This document shows positions 14,108 to 23,900 of a stretch of 64,000 nt of DNA, piece by piece. Positions within the stretch are counted from its first letter, which is position 1. Every line of letters begins with the position of its first letter. The DNA is from Macrostomum lignano (Eukaryota). Below the pieces are notes generated by a model, which searched no databases, was not told the DNA's origin, and was given only the letters and a program-made list of their open reading frames with translations. A program made the translations under genes and the position numbers. The DNA lies in contig NIVC01000278.1 of assembly GCA_002269645.1 (NCBI GenBank), forward strand, positions 1-64,000, in the 5' to 3' direction.

Positions 14108-14349
14108 AAAAATGTTTCCAGTTGTCTCTCCAGGTTCTTAATATACTCAGCCTCATCCATTGTACAAATCCAAGTACCGATGCAAACTAGAATGCAGTGA
14201 GTACAGGAGAAAATATTGGCCCGGCGTTGATATCAATGTCCCTAATATTAATCTAGCTCTCCAAAGACACTGGTTTCATAAATATGGAATAACCTACGTA
14301 AAAGATTACGACAGCTACTATAACTTTGCAGAAATCATTGGGCAATTGT
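14108..14349 (+). pseudogene. Left inverted-repeat copy of the 81-aa ORF, with premature stop
   Basis: Reverse complement of about 17171-17412. ATG at 14112, then TAA at 14139-14141 where the right copy has TAT (Tyr). Confidence 0.8.
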
Positions 14350-14691
14350 GATTTCTTACATTCTCTCAATGATCAACGTCAATACAAACTCTTCACCGTT
14401 GAAATCAACACCCACTACTATAAGGAGTACTAATAGGAGTACTATATGCTAGGACTACTATTAGTAGATAATGAGTTTTTGTTTGCGACAAATATCCGAC
14501 AAACTGTCGGATTTTTTTGCTCAACAAAAACTGTCGGAAAACTGCCGGAAAACTGTCGGAAAACCACCTCAAATACTGGGAAATGCACTGTCGATGTACG
14601 CAGTCTCTATTTGGCGCGTGCAATACAAACCCCCTCCCGGTTCTCTCTTCTCCCAAACACCCGCTAATCCAGCTGAATTTTCTTGCTTGAA

Positions 14692-15147
14692 TCATTCTGC
14701 TCTCTCAACCCCCAGCTCTTTCAGCAGTCTTCCTAGTTCTTTACTTGGCGCGTGCAATGCGAAACCCGCCCTTTCTTCCAAACAGCCGCCAACCCCCAAC
14801 CCCAACTTTGCCTTACCAAAAATAACAGCTTTAACTAGCTTCCGAGCGATCGATTCCCTCCACCCGCTTGAAGTCCCCATATTGTCTAATCTCCTAAGCA
14901 TTTCTTTGTCCCAGCGATTCTTCTCCCCAGGAAAATCTCTATATTTAACGTCATGCCACATACAGACAGAGTCTAGCTCATTCACAGGCTCATGCCCAGG
15001 ATTTGGATTATTGTTTTTATCTAACTGTATTTCAAGTGGATTCAAAGGCCCGCAATATTTGTACCCAGGAACTGTCCAGCCTTTGTTTGGATGAGGAAGC
15101 TTTTCTATCAGTCCATGTGAATCTAAGCTACCACCAGAGCGTGGCAT
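14692..15147 (-). CDS. Parvovirus-type phospholipase A2 protein (PLA2X-like), 151 aa
   Basis: Ca-loop PGYKYCGPLN and catalytic helix PVNELDSVCMWHDVKY match the parvoviral VP1u PLA2 motifs (YxGPGN; DxxAxxHDxxY). The KLGLG tail is typical of Polinton/adintovirus homologues. Confidence 0.85.
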   Translation of the reverse strand: MPRSGGSLDSHGLIEKLPHPNKGWTVPGYKYCGPLNPLEIQLDKNNNPNPGHEPVNELDSVCMWHDVKYRDFPGEKNRWDKEMLRRLDNMGTSSGWRESIARKLVKAVIFGKAKLGLGVGGCLEERAGFALHAPSKELGRLLKELGVERAE

Positions 15148-15175
15148 TATTTATTTAAAATTTTCTTTTTAAAAA

Positions 15176-16182
15176 ATGACAGATCAGAAACTTCAAAAGC
15201 TCTACTACAGTGACAAAGGATTCTTTGTAGGAAAAATGCAGTCGCCAAACTCGCAGAACTAAGTAATGCATCAAAACAAACAGTTGAAAGATGGCTCTCT
15301 AAGCAGGCTGTCTTGCAAGTCTATTTCCCACCAGTAAAATTTGAAAGGCCCCATTTCAGTATTTATAAACCTAATGAGGCGCACCAAGCAGATCTTCTGT
15401 TTTTCCCCAATGACTCAGGCTACAAGTATGCTCTCACAGTTATAGACATTTCCTCCACATATAAAGAAGCTCGTCCACTTAAGACAAAGAAGTCAGAGGT
15501 TGTTGCCAGCGCACTGCAAGAGATCTATGAAACATCTCCTCTAACCTATCCAGAAATGTTCATGGCCGATCAGGGTAAGGAATTCTATGGGGCAGTGAAA
15601 TCCCTTATGGAAAAGAAAAATACAGAGATTCGCTATGGCAGAACAGACCTGCACAGAGACCAAGCGTACGTTGAGAGATTCAATCTAACTCTAGCCAAGA
15701 GACTATTCACTAAGCAGACAGCGCAAGAACTCAAACTGAGTGCGGGGCAGTACTATACAAAATGGACAGACCGCCTCCCCACTGTTATAGAGCAACTGAA
15801 CAATGAAGTCACACGCATGACTGGATTGAAACCGTCCCATGCAATTAAACAAGACACTGTCGAACTTAAGGCATCTCACAGAACACACAACACAAAACAC
15901 ACCTCGAACTACCCTAAGCTTCCAGGAGTTGAATCACCATACATACTGACAAACTCCGAGTTTCCACGCTTTTTATATCTACCTGGAGAGCTAAAGAAAG
16001 ACACTAAAAGAAGAGCTACAGATCCATACTTCAGCCTTGATGTACATAAAATAGACAGACATTTTACCTCTGACTGCGGTGACTATTACTTTTTATCTCA
16101 AGCCTTTAACCCTAAATCCCCCACGCGGTCATTCACTAGAGCTGAACTCCTAGTAATACCAGCTGACACAGAAATTTATTAA
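15176..16182 (+). CDS. Retroviral-like (rve, DDE) integrase of Polinton type, about 335 aa, with a 1-nt frameshift at the A-run 15232-15236
   Basis: MTDQKLQKLYYSDKGFFVG joins the downstream frame NAVAKLAELSNASKQTVERWLSKQAVLQVYFPP if one A is added. Core motifs HQADL, TVID, ADQGKEF, VERFNLTL. C-terminal RRATDP...RSFTRAELLVIP. Confidence 0.88.
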
Positions 16183-16198
16183 AATATTAAAATAAAAA

Positions 16199-16645
16199 AT
16201 GACAAAGATTGAAACCAGAACCATCAATAAACTCAATAAAATCATTGAATCAAAGAGACCAGGTCTTATATCAATTAAAGGTGCCAAAGTAAAAGTCGAT
16301 CCCGTGCAGCAAATAGTTCAGTGTAATGAGCAAAGACACAGCATCACAGATGAAAAGTCAGGAGGAATCCGACCATTAACAGCTCTTATCCCAATCATTG
16401 CAGGCGCTGTAAGTGCCGCAGGTGGTGTAGCTGGAGGTGTAGCAACTGCTGTTAAAGCTGGGAATGATAGAGCCCACCAGCTTGAATTGCAAAAGATTGC
16501 AAGAGACAAAGGTATAACAATTAAGGCAGGAGAGGGCTGCTCCGATCGTGATGATTGTGAGCATGAAAATTCTGTAAGCAAGTCTGACATTGTCAAAGCC
16601 ATCGTGACACTGCACAATGCTGGGTTTACAATAATGCGCATGTGA
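16199..16645 (+). CDS. Small protein with adenovirus core protein X (pX)-like hydrophobic motif, 148 aa
   Basis: KSGGIRPLTALIPIIAGAVSAAGGVAGGVATAV resembles the adenovirus pX C-terminal motif (GGxLPxLIPIIAAAIGAxPGIA), preceded by a GG adenain-like cleavage site. Confidence 0.6.
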   Translation: MTKIETRTINKLNKIIESKRPGLISIKGAKVKVDPVQQIVQCNEQRHSITDEKSGGIRPLTALIPIIAGAVSAAGGVAGGVATAVKAGNDRAHQLELQKIARDKGITIKAGEGCSDRDDCEHENSVSKSDIVKAIVTLHNAGFTIMRM

Positions 16646-16648
16646 TGA

Positions 16649-17161
16649 GGTTTAAAACCCCACTTTATAGAGCTCCCGCATAAGCTAGCCGGCAAAAAAG
16701 CTTGCATAAATGTTAAAAATAAAGACAATTGCTGTGGTATATGGGCAGTTTTTTCTGCACTTTTTCATGATAGTGTCCCTCACCACCCCGAAAAAACCTC
16801 AAATTATCAAAATTATTTCAAGTACTATCTCATCGAATGCGAAAAGAAGGGAATCAGGTTTGACAAAGGAGGCTTGGCGATCTCTCAGATCCCTAAGCTA
16901 GAAGAAGTGTTTAATAACAAAATTAGAATCACAGTCTTTGAGTGGAGTGAAAAAACTGAGAAAGTTCAACCGGTCAGGTGTAGCAAAGACGTCTTAGATC
17001 CTGAGGGGAAAAGGCGGATTGAAGTGGATCTTCTAGTGATTGGTAATTTACTAGAGGAGGCTCACTATGGAAAGAGAAAAATGGAAAGCATGTGTGGAAC
17101 GCATGGCATGGGTTTTATTTTTAGAACTTACGTCTACACTCTACAAGGTACAACCTTGTAG
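16649..17161 (+). pseudogene. Fragment of the Polinton/adintovirus PolB N-terminal region (OTU-like Cys protease/terminal-protein domain), no start codon
   Basis: Open frame after TGA-TGA, longer than the track ORF: FIELPHKLAGKKACINVKNKDNCCGIWAVFSAL...QIPKLEEVFNNKIRITVF...PVRCSK...VDLLVI...AHY. Matches the LPxxLxxKKAxINxxNxDxxC...HY pattern, then truncates. Confidence 0.7.
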
Positions 17162-17168
17162 TTGGCAA

Positions 17169-17414
17169 CTACAATTGCCTAATGATTTCTGCAAAGTTAT
17201 AGTAGCTGTCATAATCTTTTACATAGGTTACTCCATACTTATGAAACCAGTGTCTTTGGAGAGCTAGATTAATATTGGGGACATTGATATCAACGCCGGG
17301 CCAATATTTTCTCATGTACTCGCTGCATTCTAGTTTACATCGGTACTTGGATTTATACAATGGATTAGGCTGAGTATAATAAGAACCTGGAGAGACGACT
17401 GGAAACATTTTCAT
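17169..17414 (-). CDS. Small 81-aa viral-like hypothetical protein (right inverted repeat)
   Basis: Intact ATG-to-TAG ORF preceded by an AT-rich leader. Duplicated in inverted orientation at 14108-14349. Confidence 0.55.
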   Translation of the reverse strand: MKMFPVVSPGSYYTQPNPLYKSKYRCKLECSEYMRKYWPGVDINVPNINLALQRHWFHKYGVTYVKDYDSYYNFAEIIRQL

Positions 17415-17988
17415 TAAAAATTTATTTTTTTCAAAGGGTAAGGACCTGCGTTGATAATTTAAAGTCTTAGGGATTTGGTTTCGCGTTGCAAATTGAATGT
17501 GGGGAGAAAAATGCAGATTCTTTTCTGATTGCTTCCAAGATGTTATGGGTGGATGTTAGTGGATTATGTCAGTTTCAGTGAGCATAACAGGTGTCAGTGG
17601 ACACCTGTTATGCTCTGATTTTGTCAGGGATAATATGGATGGATTTAATACGATTATGTTCGAAGTTTTCGGAGCGAGGGCGACCCCCTTTTTTTCTGAT
17701 TCTGTCGGGGATAATATGGATGGATTTAATGGGATTATGGAGGACGTGTGAAAAATTTTGTCCCAGAAGCCCCCTCATTCATTCTACTGCAGTCACAGAA
17801 GCTGCTGCAGGCTGGGCGTCATTCGGTTGCAAGTTTAAAATGAAGCAAAGTTGAGATGCATTCATCCGCATGTTCATCCGCATGTTCATCCGCATGTTCA
17901 TCCGTTCATCCGGGTTCATCCGCATGCAACTGGGCTTCCAGTTGCATGCGGATCTGAGCATTGTAATGATGAACCCAGCCTCACTCAC

Positions 17989-20900
17989 CTGCTCCCACTG
18001 CCACCTGTGCGTGGCCCTCCGTGACCTGCAGCCGAGTAGTGTCTTTGCATGAATCCTGCCAACTGTATGGTTTGCAGCCACCTTCCAGATGGAACATTTG
18101 CCCAGCAACCAGCACAGTCCAGTCAATGTCCGAGTCTGCAGCTGTCCTGCCGTTCACTTGCACCAGACTGTTGGCCCAGCCCTCTGCGTAGCTGCCTGTC
18201 ATCCGTCTGACATCTTGTGTGAGGACTTGAGCGACTCCTTGCAGCCAGTCAGCCAGTCTCTGCTGACACTTTGCTCTCTGCTCGGTGAATCCCGCATCGC
18301 TGAGCAGTCGATGCAGCTCCTCGCTCAGGTGCCTGTCTTGCTGGGGGTCGTCTGAGAGCCTGGAATGATGCGAGATGCGTGTGGGTGACTTGCTCAGAGT
18401 TGGATGGACAGAGCAAGCAGGAGAGCTGAGAGTGCAGCTGCTGCAGCACTCAGACTGGCATCTCAAGCAGGAGAGCTGAGAGTGCAGCTGCTGCAGCACT
18501 CAGTCCAACCCAATCTCAACCCTGCAACCCAATCTCAACCCTGCTGAGTTTCGCTGCAATTTCTGCCCTAAGCTGCCAGCCTGTGGGAAGGCGCAATGCG
18601 GCAGTGAAAGCCGAACCGGTCGGACTCACCGATGAAGACCTGAAACCAAGCGGTGAGCGGCTGCCTGCCGGACCTCTGGGCTTCTACAATGCGGGAAGGA
18701 AAGCCAGGGTTCTCACAGCAATTGAGTCTGAGATTTTCGTGCGACGCAAATAATTTAATTGAGTCTGAAACTCCAATTCGATTTTTACGATTAGCTTTCA
18801 GGTTGCGCAGCTTTATCAAAATACCAGCGTTTTTCAGGTATAAAAAACAAAAAGCGGAGGGAGAGGCGGGCAGAAGCAGGTGACCGAGAGAAAGCAGGCA
18901 ATGAGCAAGAGAGAGCCGCTCACCCCTGGCCAGGTGCGCGAACTGGGCTCGGCTGCTCCTTAGGCTGCAAAATCCAAATTGCAAAAAACGCCAGAGACAG
19001 AAGCAAGAGTGACAGCAATTGCAAACCGCATGAAAAATATCACAGAAATCCAGAACAAAGGGATAAAAAAGTAAGGCCCTCAGCGGTTGGCCTTAAATCA
19101 GAAGAACACTAGAGAGGTGCCGACAGCTGACAACTGAGCGTTTAACCCGAACAGGAAAAAGTAGGGAGGCCTCCAAGCATCAGCAGGGACACCTCCTGGT
19201 ACCAGGGTAGTCTTGTCCGCTCTTGTTCGTCTTGCACTGTCGAACTCGGAGTCTCCAGCTCTGACCACCGGCCTGAGCGTCGCTGACGAGAATGGAGTGG
19301 CGCCCGCAGACATTCGCTCTCCACCTGAACATGCGTCCAGCAGCTGCAGAGCATGGCGGCCCAAAAGGAAAGCAGGAGCTTTCAGTTTCGCCAGTGAAAG
19401 CAGAACCTCTGGGGTTACTATAGGGTCTTTTTGATCGACTGAATGGCTGCTTGTCCGTTTAGCTGAACTACTGGTCAGTCAAGCAGGACTGGGTGATGGT
19501 AGCTGATATCGCTAATTTAAGCACAAATTTAGTATCATTTTTACTTTACTCAAGCATTACACTCAAATTAAATAGTTGGTCACATGACCTCGATTCACTC
19601 CATTACCTTATGATGTTCCGCAGTGTGGGGCAGTAAAATACGAGCTAATTCCTTGTCTGATCCGAAAATATATAATAAATCTATTCGCTAAATTCTCGCC
19701 TCACTCACCCCGCTCCACTGAGATCCAGCAGTCGCAGAACCTGCCGCTGCTCAAATCGCTGTGCCACCTGTGCACACGTCAGACCCCGACCGTTTCGATG
19801 ACTCGCATCCGCTCCTCTGTCCATCAGAACCTTGGCTGCTCGCACATGACCGGCTTCGCACGCTCGTGACAGAGCAGTCCGACCCTGACTGTCTTCAGCA
19901 CGCACTGACGCACCGAGATCGATGAGTTTCTCAATGAGCTCGTGATGACCCGCATCAGCTGCCAGCATGAGAGCAGTGGCTCCAGTGCTGTCTGGCAGAT
20001 CGACATGCTCTGTGCTGACTCGCTCATCATTGATCAGTGTGACAGCAAGAGCGACGTGTCTTTGAGAGATGGAGAGACGGAGCAGCTGCGTGATTTGAGC
20101 TGGCTGCATTCGAGAGAGGGTGTCGGTGAGAACAGAGTTCCTGCCTTCGATGGCCATTGCTGCAGTGAAGCTGAGAATGGCGCTGGATTGGAAGAGCCAG
20201 TCGCACTCGAAACCAAGGGAGGCAACGACATCTTCGCGAAGACGAGAGCAAGCCGCGACTGCGCATTGGAAGCGGAGATTCGTTCCCTGTTCCGGACTTG
20301 AGAGACACGAGATGAAAAACTTTACGACTTCTAAGTAACCATATTTTGCAGCAGATTTGGCAGCATCGATGCAGCAGAGATCTCTGTTTGCTTGGTCACC
20401 AACTTGTGACACGAGAAAATTGACGACTTCTAAGTGACCATGGCTTGCAGCAGATTCGGCTGCTTTGATGCAGCAGCGATCTCTGTTTGCTTGGTCAGCG
20501 ACTTGTGACATGAGAAACTTGACGGCTTCTAAGTGACCGTTGACTGCAGCAAATACAGCAGCTTCGAAGCAGCAGCGATCTCCGTTTCCTTGGTCAGCGA
20601 CTTGTGGCACGAGAAACTTGACGACTTCTAAGTGACCTTTTCCTGCAGCAGATATGGCAGCGTTGAAGCGGCAGCGATCTCGGTTTGCTTGATCATCGAC
20701 TTGTGGCACGAAAAACCTAACGGCTTGTAGGTGACCATTGACTGCAGCAAATACAGCAGCGTTGATGCAGCAGTGATCTCTGTTTCCTTGGTCAGCGACT
20801 CGTGGCACGAGAAACTCGACGACTTCCCACTGACCATTTTTTGCAGCAGATTCGGCAGCGTCGATGCAGCAGCGATCTCTGTTTGCTTGGTCAGCGACTT

Positions 20901-23900
20901 GTGGCACGAGAAACTTGACGACTTCCCACTGACAACGTTCTACAGCAGATTCGGCAGCTTTGATGCAGCAGCGATCTCTGTTTGCTTGGTCAGCGATTTG
21001 TGAGACGAGAAACTTGACGACTTCTGAGTGACCATTTGTTGCTGCAGATTCCGCAGCGTCGATGCAGCAGCGATCTTTGTTTGCTTTGTCAGCGACTTGT
21101 GGAACGAGAAACTTGACGACTTCCCACTGACGATTTCTTACAGCAGATTCGGCAGCTTTGATGCAGCAGCGATCTCTGTTTGCTTGGTCAGCGACGTGTG
21201 AGACGAGAAACTCGACGACTTCCCACTGACGATTTCTTACAGCAGATTCGGCAGCGTTGATGCAGCAGCGATCTCTGTTTGCTTGGTCAGCGACTTGTGG
21301 CACGAGAAACTTGACGACTTCTAAGTGACCATTTGTTGCTGCAGATTCCGCAGCGTCGATGCAGCAGCGATCTTTGTTTGCTTTGTCAGCGACTTGTGGA
21401 ACGAGAAACTTGACGACTTCTAAGTGACTATTTCTTGCAGCAGATTTGGCAGCGTCGATGCAGCAGCGATCTCTGTTTGCTTGATGAGCGACTTGTGGCA
21501 CGAGAAACTTGACGACTTCTAAGTGACCATTTGTTGCTGCAGATTCCGCAGCGTCGATGCAGCAGCGATCTTTGTTTGCTTTGTCAGCGACTTGTGGAAC
21601 GAGAAACTTGACGACTTCTAAGTGACTATTTCTTGCAGCAGATTTGGCAGCGTCGATGCAGCAGCGATCTCTGTTTGCTTGATGAGCGACTTGTGGCACG
21701 AGAAACTTGACGACTTCTAAGTGACCATTTGTTGCTGCAGATTCCGCAGCGTGGATGCAGCAGCGATCTCTGTATGCTTGGTCAGCGACTTGTGGCACGA
21801 GAAACTTGACGACTTCTAAGTGACCTTTTTCTGCAGCAGATTCGGCAGCATCGATGCAGCAGCAATCTCTGTTTGCTTGGTCAGTGACTTGTGGCACGAG
21901 AAACTTGACGACTTCCCACTGACCATATATTGCAGCAAATACAGCAGCGTTGATGCAGCAGTGATCTCTGTTTGCTTGGTCAGCGACTTGTGACACGAGA
22001 AACTTGACGACTTCTAAGTGACCATTTGTTGCTTCAGATTCGGCAGCGTCGATGCAGCAGCGATCTTTGTTTGCTTTGTCAGCGACTTGTGGAACGAGAA
22101 ACTTGACGACTTCTAAGTGACTATTTCTTGCAGCAGATTCGGCAGCGTCGATGCAGCAGCGATCTCTGTTTGCTTGATGAGCGACTTGTGGCACGAGAAA
22201 CTTGACGACTTCTAAGTGACCATTTGTTGCTGCAGATTCCGCAGCGTCGATGCAGCAGCGATCTTTGTTTGCTTTGTCAGCGACTTGTGGAACGAGAAAC
22301 TTGACGACTTCTAAGTGACTATTTCTTGCAGCAGATTTGGCAGCGTCGATGCAGCAGCGATCTCTGTTTGCTTGGTCAGCGACTTGTGGCACGAGAAACT
22401 TGACGACTTCTAAGTGACCATTTGTTGCTGCAGATTCGGCAGCTTTGATGCAGCAGCGATCTTTGTTTGCTTTGTCAGCGACTTGTGGAACGAGAAACTT
22501 GACGACTTCTAAGTGACTATTTCTTGCAGCAGATTCCGCAGCGTCGATGCAGCAGCGATCTCTGTTTGCTTGATGAGCGACTTGTGGCACGAGAAACTTG
22601 ACGACTTCTAAGTGACCATTTGTTGCTGCAGATTCCGCAGCGTGGATGCAGCAGCGATCTCTGTTTGCTTGGTCAGCGACTTGTGACATGAGAAACTTGA
22701 CGGCTTCTAAGTGACCGTTGACTGCAGCAAATACAGCAGCTTCGAAGCAGCAGCGATCTCGGTTTCCTTGGTCAGTGACTTGTGGCACGAGAAACTTGAC
22801 GACTTCTAAGTGACCTTTTCCTGCAGCAGATATGGCAGCGTTGAAGCGGCAGCGATCTCGGTTTGCTTGATCAGCGACTTGTGGCACGAAAAACCTAACG
22901 GCTTGTAGGTGACCATTGACTGCAGCAAATACAGCAGCGTCGATGCAGCAGCGATCTCTGTTTCCTTGGTCAGCGACTCGTGGCACGAGAAACTCGACGA
23001 CTTCTAAGTGACCATTTGTTGCTGCAGATTCCGCAGCGTGGATGCAGCAGCGATCTCTGTATGCTTGGTCAGCGACTTGTGGCACGAGAAACTTGACGAC
23101 TTCTAAGTGACCTTTTTCTGCAGCAGATTCGGCAGCTTCGATGCAGCAGCAATCTCTGTTTGCTTGGTCAGTGACTTGTGGCACGAGAAACTTGACGACT
23201 TCCCACTGACCATATATTGCAGCAAATACAGCAGCGTTGATGCAGCAGTGATCTCTGTTTGCTTGGTCAGCGACTTGTGACACGAGAAACTTGACGACTT
23301 CCCACTGACGATTTCTTACAGCAGATTCGGCAGCTTTGATGCAGCAGCGATCTCTGTTTGCTTGGTCAGCGACGTGTGAGACGAGAAACTCGACGACTTC
23401 CCACTGACGATTTCTTACAGCAGATTCGGCAGCGTTGATGCAGCAGCGATCTCTGTTTGCTTGGTCAGCGACTTGTGGCACGAGAAACTTGACGACTTCT
23501 AAGTGACCATTTGTTGCTGCAGATTCCGCAGCGTCGATGCAGCAGCGATCTCTGTTTGCTTGATGAGCGACTTGTGGCACGAGAAACTTGACGACTTCTA
23601 AGTGACCATTTGTTGCTGCAGATTCCGCAGCGTCGATGCAGCAGCGATCTTTGTTTGCTTTGTCAGCGACTTGTGGAACGAGAAACTTGACGACTTCTAA
23701 GTGACTATTTCTTGCAGCAGATTTGGCAGCGTCGATGCAGCAGCGATCTCTGTTTGCTTGATGAGCGACTTGTGGCACGAGAAACTTGACGACTTCTAAG
23801 TGACCATTTGTTGCTGCAGATTCCGCAGCGTGGATGCAGCAGCGATCTCTGTATGCTTGGTCAGCGACTTGTGGCACGAGAAACTTGACGACTTCTAAGT

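Larger units (their letters stand above)
14100..17420. mobile_element. Defective Polinton/Maverick (adintovirus-like) remnant
   Basis: Intronless, tightly packed AT-rich genes: PLA2, integrase, pX-like and OTU-like PolB fragment. Bracketed by about 240-bp inverted repeats. No capsid, packaging ATPase, adenain or PolB catalytic domain seen. Confidence 0.85.

Noticed and set aside
10549-14109. ORFs of 180-220 aa (MLAIWG / GCLLSG / DACYLG repeats)
   Set aside because: Open in all frames only because the 18-bp unit lacks stops; Helitron-internal minisatellite.
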